The notes beneath the pieces were generated by a model, which saw only the letters and a program-made list of their open reading frames with translations, did not search any database and was not told where the DNA came from. The position numbers were made by a program, and so were the translations under genes. DNA of 57,447 bases, the filler included, from Catajapyx aquilonaris (Eukaryota): the NCBI GenBank assembly GCA_000934665.2. It is 4 parts of 4 records of this genome, joined end to end, with 100 filler letters (N's around TTAATTAATTAA, not from the genome) between each part and the next. Parts side by side here need not be neighbours in the genome. Positions count along the whole stretch, not along the records: positions 14,425 to 28,697 come from JYFJ02007834.1; positions 28,798 to 43,077 come from KZ539742.1; 2 more parts are not named here. One strand, 5' to 3'. Shown piece by piece: positions 24,852 through 36,735 of the stretch; the stretch's first letter is position 1; the number at the start of each line of letters is the position of its first letter.

Positions 24852-25667
24852 CTGCAAACCCCGAGAATTTGATTTGTTAGCAATTAGTTTTGCATTAATT
24901 AGTCTATGAGAGACCTATTCTTTTGCAAGTAGTCCAGAATGACGGCAAAATGACCCCCTGAACAAGTGACTAAAAGTCCTGAGAAATCCGAAGACCGGAA
25001 CATGGTTTTATACGAGCATAAAGGGCCTAAGTGACAAAAACATCGACATTTCACTCCAAAGGGAGCAGTTCAGCTTGAAATCACCCCCAGAACGCTCGTA
25101 AGTATAGCTTGTTTTAAACGTGAAGGTGTGGGTTTAATCACAGATACAAACTTTGGTCGGAAAATTTAAAAAAAAAAACAGTAATAACAGGCCATTTAAA
25201 TAAATATTACACGCCCGCCAAGTCGATAGATGGTTCAATAGTTTGTGTGCTATATACTGGCAGCACCTCCCAGATAACGGCAGACGGAAGTGGCGCTGCT
25301 ATGCGGATAGGTTTTCTATTTCAACTACTGTAGCCTACTGACATTTTCATCCTAATTTACTTTAACAAAATTAATTATTGCGATGCAAGGCTATAAACAG
25401 AGCCTTTTGCCACTAAAATGTTCTTCATCATGAAATTGTAATTGGAAAATGGTTGTCTTATGGAGCTAAAAAAATATATTGTAAATTAATGTTCTAATAC
25501 TTTGAATCGTCTGGTCTCCCCTCTAAACACAAATTTCTTTATTATATATTTATGAAGGGTGAAAGGTACATGAAATATTGTTAGATCCAGTATATTATTT
25601 ATAGGCGGTAAAGATGCATAAGTGACATGTTGCACCACAAGTCATGTACATATTTTGGAACTTAATG

Positions 25668-27575
25668 CTAGTGATCACGCAGGATCTCAACACCTAATAC
25701 AATGGCACCCAAACACCAGCTGAAAATGAACAGGAAATACATAACTCCCCTCATCTGTTCAAAGTTCAAAGCCATTGAGTATTCGTACAATCGATTGTTC
25801 ATTCTTGCATCTTTGATTCCCATGATCAAACATGCGTGAAATAAATATTGGTCGTACTTAGCCATAAGACCCGAATCGATGTAGTACAAAACCATTCTGT
25901 TGATGAGAGGCAATAGTAAGTTGTGCTTCCCCATAATTACACCTATAAACATCAGAATTCCAGCCTCTTTTGATACTACTAAGGGGATTTTCCCAGCTTT
26001 ATCAGCAAACTGGGCCCCTATTGCCCACAATGCGTCACCAGCTGTAATGCAGGCGTAATTGGTCTCGATCGATTTACGAATACACGTGTTGAAGTCTTTT
26101 TCGTCTATCATGCGGTCTACAATGGGTTTAAAATATTCCAACTCATTATTCATAAACAGACTTTCGTAGTATGGCCTTCCTGGTCCCCAAGTCCCCCATT
26201 CCCAGTGATCACTCCTTTTGCTGAGATCCTGATATGTATTGGGTAAATCCTCCTGAAGTGGAGATGCTAAAAATCCAAAATAACGTGCTTCGTATCCACA
26301 AATCAAAACCAATGAGCCTATCCACCAGAATGATATAAATAATCTGGGAGCATTTCCTTCGGGTACAGTGTTGGGATTTTCCTCAATCAGTGTGGAAAAT
26401 GTGTATCTCAAGGAATAAAGGAAAAGGGATGGTGGCCCTCTCCCTGTTGAAAAAGGTCTGGTGAATAAATTTTGTATTCTTAACATGGAGCAAAAGACGA
26501 AACTGCCCATTAGGCAGGCCAAAATAATACAAATCCACATATCTATTGTGTATGGCATAAGGACTGCATTCCAGGAATAACTTGGTCTGGAACTTCTTCT
26601 GGAAAACGACATATGGAGGTAATAAGAAGGGAATACAAGGTCAACTACTTCATGCAATGCAGGCGATAAAAATGTAAAGCCAAACATTGCCTTTCCCCGT
26701 GTTATATCACCAGTTTGACCTGTAAAATTTCCATCTGGCAAACGGGAGTCTGGAAGTTCTCCGTCAGCTAATTCGGCACCTTTCATAGACCAATCAAAAT
26801 TTAACTCATTACTTGCTAATAGTAGAAACATCAAAGAACCAAACATTGGGACTGAATTGTCTAGCATATACTGCAAATCGAACTTAGACACGTCAAAGAC
26901 AAACGTTCCATTAATTACCTTACCATGCAGATTGGTGGAATAATCAGGGAACATGGTGATGTCACTGCTCCTGGAATATTGACCGACATGCACCACCTTT
27001 GGATTACCGCGATCGCAATAATGACAGTTCGCCATCACCTTGAGCGAGCTGGAGTCCTGGTCGAACTCGACCCCGACCTGAAAGAGCATGAGTTGGGCGA
27101 TGGGATGCATCAAGACTGTGTCCAGACCTCCGTCCCTGGGCCAGAAGAGGAACCTGTCCCTTCCGGTGTCCATGAGGTGAAGAGTGGCCGCGTGGACCAC
27201 CAGAGGAGACAAGGTGTCCAGTGTCCCGAAGGCGAAGAGGAAGGTGGCGCAGGGGTCCAGTCTCCTGGCCTCCGGTCTGTGCAGCCAGGAGAACCAGTAC
27301 TGTCCACTGGCGTCCACTGGTGTCCCGTCCCACCTCACCACCGCCACTTCCTCCGATCCATTGTTGATCAGCCGGTTAAACGAAGAGGGGAACACCAACC
27401 AGTCGCCGCACAACACCAGGAGACACTCGGGTCTCGATCTATGGGCATCTTGAACCAGGGAAGTCACCAGCTCTTCATCTTCCGACCCCACCGACTCAAA
27501 AGAAGTCTGAACATGCCCCGATGTGAATGCTGCCAGGGAACAAAGAGCAACAACTGCGAACCGCGTCGCCTCCAT
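25668..27575 (-). CDS. Divergent ionotropic receptor, single exon, 635 aa
   Basis: ATG at 27575 (MEATRFAVVALCSL, signal-peptide-like); GNFTGQTGDITRG, PYTIDMW plus TM, RLFISFWWIGSLVLICGYEARYFGFLASP, S2 region, final TM. Colinear paralogue of 19165-21076. Confidence 0.93.
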   Translation of the reverse strand: MEATRFAVVALCSLAAFTSGHVQTSFESVGSEDEELVTSLVQDAHRSRPECLLVLCGDWLVFPSSFNRLINNGSEEVAVVRWDGTPVDASGQYWFSWLHRPEARRLDPCATFLFAFGTLDTLSPLVVHAATLHLMDTGRDRFLFWPRDGGLDTVLMHPIAQLMLFQVGVEFDQDSSSLKVMANCHYCDRGNPKVVHVGQYSRSSDITMFPDYSTNLHGKVINGTFVFDVSKFDLQYMLDNSVPMFGSLMFLLLASNELNFDWSMKGAELADGELPDSRLPDGNFTGQTGDITRGKAMFGFTFLSPALHEVVDLVFPSYYLHMSFSRRSSRPSYSWNAVLMPYTIDMWICIILACLMGSFVFCSMLRIQNLFTRPFSTGRGPPSLFLYSLRYTFSTLIEENPNTVPEGNAPRLFISFWWIGSLVLICGYEARYFGFLASPLQEDLPNTYQDLSKRSDHWEWGTWGPGRPYYESLFMNNELEYFKPIVDRMIDEKDFNTCIRKSIETNYACITAGDALWAIGAQFADKAGKIPLVVSKEAGILMFIGVIMGKHNLLLPLINRMVLYYIDSGLMAKYDQYLFHACLIMGIKDARMNNRLYEYSMALNFEQMRGVMYFLFIFSWCLGAIVLGVEILRDH

Positions 27576-28697
27576 GTTGCAACTGAACAAGTCTATCGAT
27601 TATCATTTGTTTTTATATGAACGCCATACGCCGATTTGGCGATCACATTATTCATAAATTACTGAAAAATAGGCTATGGGACGGATTATCATGACTTCAT
27701 CACACTCACGGATTTCAGGGGAAGTCCTTCTGCCTCTCACGAGTGTGGCATTGGTCTTGAGCTATTAATTATGGCTTTTGGCTAACCTTTTGTCTGCCAA
27801 AATATTAAATGAGGTAACCCAGAAGTGCTGGCAATTTGAACAACAATTTGCTGCGACACAAATATGATAGTGATGATTATATTACTGTTCTTACTTTTCA
27901 TGGGTGGCAGAAAATTTCATACCGGCTACATGTGAAATACACTACAATCTTTGATCGTAGTTGATACCTTTTGTACTGTCAATCCCGGATAGCCTCTATT
28001 ACATATGGTCAGAGGCATGTCATTTTGGTACAATTTATCTATGTGGATGGATATAAACTTTCCTTTATTTTTTCTATAGTGAAGGGTTCTGAGGACAACA
28101 GTGTTGTGCGGACAAATCCCTCACTTCACTTGAATCAGACATCTTACACGGGTACACAACCCACAATAAGTGATCAGCACGCAACGCTCACAACTAACTA
28201 AATTCATCGGGCAATGTGACGGACCGTGCCTGGCAGGGCGACAACAAAGGACAGCCCTGGCGCAGTCAGCCCAGAGCCTCACAGCCATACCAACACAAAG
28301 GTCCATCCATCTCCCCATCGCCTCAATATCCATAGGTTACTGTGTAATTGTATATGAAAAGCAAATAGACTCTATCTGCTTTCAGAAAAAGGTTTGTCCA
28401 TCTCCCAGCTTTCACTATCAGTATAATCACCTACTATATTGTTACAAGTTCGTACAATTCCAACAATTTAAAATCAGCCAACAAAATATAATGCGAACAA
28501 CACTATTAAATAAACTAATAAATGAAATAAAATATTGATGGAATAGAAGGGAATGCTATATTTAATTTATTAGTAAAGTTAGTGTTCCAATGATTATATT
28601 AGAGAGTAAGTGACGGCACTTCACCACACCCAGACACCCCCCGAGGGCATATCCCCTTGTACGGTCTCCAGACATACCCCGAGGGCATTGCGGCATT

Positions 28698-28797
28698 NNN
28701 NNNNNNNNNNNNNNNNNNNNNNNNNNNNNNNNNNNNNNNNNTTAATTAATTAANNNNNNNNNNNNNNNNNNNNNNNNNNNNNNNNNNNNNNNNNNNN
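28698..28797. other. Artificial scaffold spacer
   Basis: N44-TTAATTAATTAA-N44. Confidence 0.97.
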
Positions 28798-29225
28798 AGG
28801 TAAGATAAATAACTACTCAGAAATAAATCCATTTTGAAACACGTGTATGCGGTTTTTGGAATTTTTCATTTGCTTGTAACTTGTGAACTATTGAGCCCAA
28901 GATTCTAGAATGTGTATGTTATATTTCGTTGTTATGGTGTAAGTTTATATTCCAATTTTCAGTTTTATTAAAAAATAGAGGGGGTGAATCTTTGGGTGAT
29001 CTCACATGGAATTACCCGCATGCCATAACTATTTTAACATTTTACATATCTAAACTTATATTCCTTATATTCCTTAGCTCAAATGCCACAACAAGGTATC
29101 AATTCATTGCACGTGCCCTTCCATTTTAATGTCAACCATCATATTCCTTTGGAAGAATGTAATTTCCCTCACATGATGTGTAAAGATGTAAATTATATGA
29201 AATCCATACCCAGTCATTGAGGATA

Positions 29226-29841
29226 GCTCTTGAGTGTCTTGACACATTCAAGGTTACTGCAGTGTATGAAAATAAACTTCACTTAGCATTATTTCCAATA
29301 AAACCTTGAAGTGCAGCCGTTACCCTCTTCTCCAAACCACATGCCAGGCTAAAGCCTATGGCCTTCAAGAACAGGTACACAACTCCTAATTATAGTCACT
29401 TGTCAGCCAGGCTGATAGTGTTTTCTGACATAAAATATTTTTGCATTGTTTTGCATGACCTGCACCACTCAGTAGGACTAGTATAATTATACCAGTCAAC
29501 TGAGATGACCTTTCTATGCAATACAATGCAGTTGCTCTTGAGTGTCTTGACACATTCAAGGTTACTGCAGTGTATGAAAATGCACTTCACTTAGCATTAT
29601 TTCCAATAAAACCTTGAAGTGCAGCCGTTACCCTCTTCCCCAAACCACATGCCAGGCTAAAGCCTATGGCCTTCAAGAACAGGTACAGAACTCCTAATTA
29701 TAGTCACTTGTCAGCCAGGCTGATAGTGTTTTCTGACATGAAATATTTTTGCATTGTTTTGCATGACCTGCACCACTCAGTAGGACTAGTATAATTATAC
29801 CAGTCAACTGAGATGACCTTTCTATGCAATACAATGCAGTT
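29226..29841. repeat. Tandem duplication, 2 x 308 bp, near-identical
   Basis: gctcttgagtgtcttgacacattc starts at 29226 and 29534; both units end in caatacaatgcagtt. Confidence 0.92.
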
Positions 29842-30462
29842 AAACCTGCCCATAGTATAATCACTCTTCCTGAAGAGGTTTCCACTACACAGAGTGATTT
29901 GTAATGATTCTAACAAACTCCTTGAGTGAATTTCTGGGTGTCATGGGATCATTTTACATAGGAGTGTCATTTGGGTTCCCAACCCTTGTAATTGGGGTAA
30001 TTTCCGTGGTAATTTCTATCAAATATAAAGGATAAAATATTCTGGTAGGTATGCATCACAGGTATTGTTCAGGGGGGATTCAGGTAAGTCAGTGAGTAGA
30101 AGCTGCCTTTTAAAGATACCATGTGACTATGCCTTATAATCCAAAAATAAAATTGCTACAACTGGGTACAACATATGTATAAATTTCAAGATTTGATATC
30201 AATAAGTAAGTCACCGAGACAATGAAAGTGTTGTTTCCATCAGCTCTTCACTGTTGTTGTTGTTCTTTGTTTATACTAAGTAGACCACAGTGAAGTAGAC
30301 TTTACCTTGGGCGAGTGGTGATGGCTACATAATGCCAGGATATGCTGTATCTGGCCTAACCTTTTTAAATGACAGATGGTACATTCATCATGTTTGGATT
30401 ATTACCTGTGTTTTTCTCCACATTAGCTGAGCTAAGTGACTAACTTTTCATTTCTATTCTAG

Positions 30463-30661
30463 AGAAATAAACTCTCCTCACCTGTACTATGGACATTCTA
30501 AACTGATGATGCTGATGTGTGCCGTGTATATTAACCATATGCTGGAAAAGGAGAAGGAGCCTGTTAAGTGCCTGGCTGTTCATCCTGGAGTCATTGGAAC
30601 TGGCCTTTACCAAAATACCAAGACAGCATTTTGGGTCAGGTTAATGCGCTTCATGCTCATG
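30463..30661 (+). CDS. SDR (DHRSX / retinol dehydrogenase-like), penultimate exon
   Basis: ttctag| ... |gtaagc boundaries; translates EINSPHLYYGHSKLMM...CLAVHPGVIGTGLY with catalytic YxxxK and the HPG motif. Confidence 0.88.
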
Positions 30662-31268
30662 GTAAGCAAAGTGTTTTAATCTACAGAATCCTGCAGTGTT
30701 CTAGGCATTGTGGGAGCCACACAAATAATTTTTGGTGCTAATTTATGTTGCAAGATTCCAACAAATAGGCTGCTCATGTAATGCTGGTAGATTCTGTGCT
30801 CCAGTGCAAATATGAAATATCTTCTGCCAAGACTCGTGATGTCTGCAACTGTGAATTGGCTAATTAGTCGCTATCATGACATAAGAACACAGAGTGGGGA
30901 AGGGGTTTACCAAATAATGATGATGAAGCATGACAAATGTGGTTCAGAAATGTAAAAAATGAGATGATGTATGGAAAGTCCCTAATCTTGTCGTGGATTT
31001 ATCTGCCAAATAGTGGGACCAAATACCGGTACTGCATGTTTCAGCCTAACTCATGCAGTATATGGTCAAAGTGTATAAAGTACTATAAATATTTTGTTAA
31101 TATTCAAAATCAGTGGATTTTCCACCATCCAAGTAATTGAAATCTCGCCGTAACATAGTAAACCTGATACTGGTGCTCATCTAACATAATTTTGCCTTAT
31201 ACTGTACAGGAAAGGACATTAACATGCTGGAGCTTCTAAAATGTTTAAAAAAAATTATTTTATTGCAG

Positions 31269-31481
31269 TCTCCCCAAGATGGAGCAGATGTAGTGATGCA
31301 CTCAGTGTTGTGTTCTGACCTGGATGACTGTGATGGAGAGTACTTGGAAAACTGCAGCATCACCAGGCCCAGTGCCACAGCTATGGACCAAGAGAGTCAG
31401 AAGAGGGTTTTTGACAAATCTTGTCAAATTCTAGGGCTTACTAATTTTGGACAATCTAGCTTTTATTGCTCTAGGCTATAG
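31269..31481 (+). CDS. SDR (DHRSX / RDH-like), last exon
   Basis: ttgcag|TCT, phase compatible with the previous exon; SPQDGADVVMH..GEYLENC..QKRVFDKSCQILG is a typical RDH/DHRSX C-terminus; TAG stop. Confidence 0.88.
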   Translation, partial: SPQDGADVVMHSVLCSDLDDCDGEYLENCSITRPSATAMDQESQKRVFDKSCQILGLTNFGQSSFYCSRL

Positions 31482-32125
31482 CACAACCTACAGGCAAATG
31501 CAACTACTGTATACTTTTTGTTACAGCCACAGGGTGGGAAAGTTACCGTTCCTATCATAAGGTGATGTCTTGCTGTTATTGTTACACTGTATACTTTCAA
31601 AAGTCAGGCACATGATTATGAATATGTGCAGGTATCAATGGGCATCCATAAGTTGACCTTAAATGAATGCAAATTAAAACCACTGAATAAAATTATCACA
31701 TCATCTTATTATAATTATCAGGACATGCATGACGGGAAGAATCCTTGGAAAATCATTCCATTTTAGGCTCCTGCACAAGGCTGAATTTTGGATTCTATTG
31801 TCTAGGGCTGGCTAAGCCATCTGCCTAAAATAGTTCCTCCTGCCCTCTGCTTGTGCTTCTGGGGAATTCTACAGTGAGAGTGAATGCAAAAATTAATGGG
31901 AAATTCCAATTTGACATTTAGATTGAAATCAATATATGTAATGCAGATATCACTTTTAAAATGCTATCGCACAGTCATGTTCTGGTATCAAGAATGTCAT
32001 TTGAACCAGATGAGTTCAGATATTTTCAATGTTCCATCATCACTGGATGCCCATACAGCCTGCACCATTATTTTTTACCAACACTCATATAGGACTGGCT
32101 GAGCTGTAGGCCTACTCCATTTTGT

Positions 32126-32387
32126 CAGTGGCGTAGGCAGGAAATTTTTTCGGGGGGGGGCCCATGGCCGATCGGTCCGTTTCATAATATTGTAACCTAT
32201 TGTAAGACTTTTTTTGACGTATCATAACAGTATTCGAGTCGGAGAGGGGAGGGGGAGGATTTCATAAACCGCGAAAATTTTCCTTACTGTTACATAATGT
32301 AATGCATTTATTGATTTTTCTTAACATTTCGGGGGGGGCCCNNNNNNNNNNNNNNNNNNGGCCCCCCCCCCCCTGCCTACGCCACTG
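32126..32387. mobile_element. hAT-like MITE
   Basis: cagtggcgtaggcagg / cctgcctacgccactg; attttgt (7 bp) repeated on both flanks. Confidence 0.8.
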
Positions 32388-33005
32388 ATTTTGTACTCAT
32401 GTATGATCTCATAACGGATTGCTGAAGGAGCCCACAAGCTCATTATAAATGGCTCCTTATAAAAGTGATTCCTATTTTCATGTACATCACTCTAAAAAGA
32501 GATCAATTCAGTGTTTGAAAATATTTCATGGGGAGTAAAATATTTCCTGGTGAGTTTTTAAAGAGGTGCCATTAATTTATTGGTCAGCCAAATTGTTTAT
32601 AATTATGTACTGTATTGTAAATATATCCTAGGACATTCATTGAAAGCAACATTGTGCATTGATTTCAACCATTTGCATTAGGCTTTGGTTCAGATTACTG
32701 GGGAAGCTGAGGCAATTGTGGCCATAAGAAGGTATGACGATGTAAGGCAATGAGGAGTCTTTGGACAGGGGGAGAACCCCGAGAAAACCAGCATAAACAT
32801 GGAGCAAGACTTCGGCAACCCTTTCCCACATATGAGCATCCTCTTTCAGATCTGGGAGGAGCTCAGAGGTGGATGGCTGTGGCCTTATAACCACTATAAA
32901 TGCTGCACAAAGCCAGCCATTTCGTAGAAACAACAAATCCGTTTATTCTCGTGGCCTTGAACTTTCATGTGTACATTGCTTAACACTAAATAATTTCCCA
33001 CTATA

Positions 33006-33430
33006 CAGGGTGTATCTGAACTCAGTGCCCCGACGTATATGACTGCCTTCCTAGCCACCAGAGGATCGATTTAAGTATAGGAGTCATTATGTCTGGCCAC
33101 CACATTACTGAGATAATTGGCCGCAAACATGTAGTACCAAATATCCTGTCGGTTAGGCCACCCATCGAACCCTCCCCCAGTCAGAAGGCTCTGGAAGGTC
33201 TGGGGGCCGGACTTTGGTGGTTTGTTGCCCACAGGTGGTAAGGCCTCTTTGGCTAGTTACACCAGAAAATTCTATTTAAAAGTCAGAAGGAGCAATTAGG
33301 CAAAAATCGCTAAAGAGTGTATCTCAGTAATGAGGCTGCCCAGACATAATGACTCCTCTACATAAGTTGATCCTCTGGTGGCTAGGAAGGCTGTCATATA
33401 CGTCGGGGCACTGAGTTCAGATACACCCTG
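33006..33430. mobile_element. Tc1/mariner-type MITE
   Basis: ta|cagggtgtatctgaactcagtgcccc ... ggggcactgagttcagatacaccctg|ta; ~110-bp arms. Confidence 0.88.
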
Positions 33431-33872
33431 TAGAATATACAGAGAGCGCTACCCCACCATAGTATACAATCAGTACAGAATGCTACAACTGTAATATCAA
33501 TAATGGTTAGTGCATATGTTAGGCTCAAACCCCGAAAACGGCCATTGCGCGAAAAAACCGTCCATTCTGCAGAATGATCTGTGCCAAACCATCCATTCTG
33601 CAGAATGGACGGTTTAATGAAACGGCCAGAGCCCGAAATGCTCTTTTGAAGGCCAGAACGCTTTCCTGGGCGAAACTTACACGTCAGGACGCCAATTTCG
33701 TGTCGGGATGGCTGGTTTAGAAGACGCCCATAACTCGTTTTGGCAGTTTCCTGTTTCCCACTGTGCCATGTAGAAGCTGGAAATAAATCACCCTATTGTT
33801 GTTTGGCAAATGGCTGAAATACTTAACATTTGATGCTGCTGTTTATTTTCCAGGAACTCTTACCTTCATCAG

Positions 33873-34122
33873 AAGAGGCGGGATTCCAATGTCCCCTAGG
33901 TCTATTTGTGTCCTGTTGAGATTTGAGTTTTTGTTGTCATACAGTATATATGGGCTTATATGGCTTTGGAAAAATCCTCCGATTTTCGTGCTTGGACCTA
34001 GAGACATTTGGTGTATTCTGACCTCAGGAGGAGGTGGGGAGTACCATAAGCTACCAATATACTGTATGTCCTCAGCTCATTTTTTAAAAATATGGACTTA
34101 GGGGACCTTGGAATCCGCCTCT
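33873..34122. mobile_element. Small MITE nested in the Ginger element
   Basis: agaggcgggattccaatgtccccta versus taggggaccttggaatccgcctct. Confidence 0.65.
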
Positions 34123-34431
34123 AGCGTTCTAACACTTAGTCACACAGAATTACATTTAGTATTACTTTGAACGACATTTACATTTCTTATCAATGTAGTA
34201 CTTTTTGCAACTGCGACTTACGAATCCCTGCTCCCTCGAACTTTCCACTACCTTTTAATTTTCAGGAGGGAGGACAAACTTCCTGCAGTGATGGACAAGT
34301 TGCTGTTTTGAAACAGATAGCACTTTTCACGCGGCCTTTTAAGGGGCATTTGTTGCGTTTAGGCATAATCATGTTATCACATGCTGTGGAGAGACAGGCA
34401 ATGAAGGTGCTGCCACCTCTAACTCTACCAA

Positions 34432-34701
34432 TTGGGCAAGAAAGAAGGCATTTTAGAGAGGCTGTATGCTCGCAATGAGTTCACACCTGCTGATTCCTAT
34501 TTTATAGATTTGAACGAAGTTCCTTCCACCAGTTCTGTATCTCTTCGATCGGCTTCAGCTCTAAGTTCAGGTAGTAAGCAGGGATTCATAAGTTGCAGTT
34601 GCAAAAAGTACTGCACTGATAAGAAATGTAAATGTCGATCAAGCAATATTAAGTGCAATTCTAATAAGTGTCATCCGAACAGTGCCTGCAAAAACAAATA
34701 G
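34432..34701 (+). pseudogene. C-terminal remnant of a Ginger/KRBA2-like integrase (Cys-rich tail)
   Basis: LGKKEGILERLYARNEF..VSLRSA..QGFISCSCKKYC..KCKC..KCNS.KCHPNSACKNK*, the Cys-rich tail I recall from these invertebrate integrases; no DDE core present. Confidence 0.75.
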
Positions 34702-35439
34702 ACTTAATTGAAGGATAGGAGTTACTGAAAGAAGGTAGTAATAATGGTTATAAATATTTGGAGGTAGGCCTAAGACAGTTCTTGGAAATGATGTACTAGT
34801 AATAATGGTATCAAATATTTGGAGGTAACGCCGTTCTTGGAAATGATGTACTAGTAATAATGGTAATAAATATTTGGAGGTAATAGTTCCTGGAAAATAA
34901 ACAGCAGCATCAAATGTTAAGTATTTCAACCATTTGCCAAACAACAATAGGGTGATTTATTTCCAGCTTCTACACATGGCACAGTGGGAAATAGGAAACT
35001 GCCACAACGAGTTATGGGCGTCTTCTAAACCAGCCATCCCGACACGAAATTGGCGTCCTGACGTGTAAGTTTCGCCCAGGAAAGCGTTCTGGCCTTCAAA
35101 AGAGCATTTCGGGCTCTGGCCGTTTCACTAAACCGTCCATTCTGCAGAATGGATGGTTTGAGAAAGGAGCATTCTGCAGAATGGACGGTTTAAAACTGTT
35201 TAAAACATCCATTCTGCACAATGCTCCATGTCAAACCGTCCATTCTGCAGAATGGATGGTTGGACAATGAGCATTCTGCAGAATGGACGGTTTGACATGG
35301 AGCATTCTGCAGAATGCGCCATCCATTCTGCAGAATGGATGGTTTGGCACAGATCATTCTGCAGAATGGACGGTTTTTTCGCGCAATGGCCGTTTTCGGG
35401 GTTTGAGCCTAACACATACACTGTAAAGCACAATCCAAT

Positions 35440-36735
35440 AAAAGAGCACTTAGCCTCACATGGAGCATAAATTTTTAATGCTCCATAGGAGACTCACTAG
35501 TGATACTCTGTTAATGGTTTGTGGCTTACAGTGAAGATATATTATCTATGGTTTAGTGATCTTATACCACTATGCTGCCAATTATGATGCAATTGAGGCA
35601 CTCAGAGGCATATCCAAACTGAAGTTTATTTTGAGAAAAGTGGCTTTTTGTGTTTGGTTTGTGTATGTGTTTCCATTACGGACAAATTTTACAAGCGGAA
35701 TATGTGAGCTTTGACATATCCCAATTCATTTGGTACTTCAGCACATGAAAGGTAGATGGTAGGAGAGTACAACAACACTACAATCTCAAAATTGGAGGTC
35801 AGTTGGGATATGCCGTTCTTCCTGTGAGCGCGTCAATTACTTTGGAATAGTGACCTGCAGTGGTTATGAAATGAATTAGTTGCTCCTGCTAACACAGCAC
35901 CCACAATGTTCATGACCAGTTGTGGATGCAAATTACATTTTAGCTAATGTAATGTACCTCCAAAACAAAACCAATGTATTGGAGGAAGACATGTTCCATC
36001 ATTGAAGCAGCCTGGGATTTCCATATTAATGTACAGAACCCGTATCTGTCATCACATATGCCAGGCAATTTTTTAAAAAATGTTACCCCTTGATAAGGCG
36101 GAGCCTTTTTAGGGGGGTGGCACACCACCATCAGTTTTCTTTGTATATCATTATACTTTTCTTCATTCACCAGTGCAAGGAATCAAGGATATTAAGTAAG
36201 GATAGGGATTTTCGGGGAGGGAACATAGGTGCAAGTGCAAGGTCTGTAAAGGGGTCATTACAACACTTACAGTTCCCTTGTGAGTCTCCCATGGAGCATA
36301 AACTTTTAATGCTCTTGTGATGCTTTTTTGCAACAAAAAGCATCACAAGAGCATTAAAATTTGGTGCTCCATGGGAGACTCACCAGTGATGCTCTTTTAA
36401 TGTTTTGCAGTTTACAGTAATGATAGCTAATTATTATATCTGTGGCTACTATGGGTTAGTGATCTTATGGCACTATGCTGCTTATTATGATGCAATACTT
36501 TGGAATAGTGACCTGCAGTGGTTATGAAAATAATTAGTTGCTACTGCTAACACACCCCCAATGTCCATGGCCAGTTGTGGATGCAAATTACATTGTGGCT
36601 AATGTACTGTACCTCCAAACCAAAGCCAATTGGAGGAAGACATGTTCCACCATTGATGCGGCCTGGGATTCCCACATGAATGTATACAGAACCTGTATCT
36701 GTCATCACTCATCACATACACCAAGCAATATTATT
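35440..36735. repeat. Diverged local direct duplication (~35440-36070 and ~36285-36735) separated by a SINE fragment (36080-36260)
   Basis: Shared blocks such as actttggaatagtgacctgcagtggttatgaaa, ccagttgtggatgcaaattacatt and ttggaggaagacatgttcca. Confidence 0.8.
35595..35834. mobile_element. MITE with 4-bp AATT TSD (Sola-like)
   Basis: aatt flanks both ends; ggcatatccaaactga / tcagttgggatatgcc are inverted; the paralogous copy near 36495 lacks the insert. Confidence 0.7.

Larger units (their letters stand above)
33517..35414 (+). mobile_element. Ginger-type (Ginger2/TDD-like) DNA transposon, internally deleted, with ~340-bp TIRs
   Basis: TGT...ACA termini (tgttaggctcaaacccc), perfect 4-bp TSD cata, subterminal palindromic cattctgcagaatg repeats, internal integrase C-terminal remnant. 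Confidence 0.85.

Noticed and set aside
26925..27620. 231-aa antisense ORF over IR2 and similar ORFs over IR1
   Set aside because: Shadow frames of a GC-rich coding tract; their similarity reflects the shared 288-bp DNA.
28080..28400. Possible decayed Gag zinc knuckle (NC..K..IDSICFQK)
   Set aside because: Requires several frameshifts and substitutions; too weak.
35135..35375. CRISPR-like array of palindromic repeats
   Set aside because: Eukaryotic context, short non-unique spacers, no cas genes; these are subterminal repeats of the Ginger TIR.
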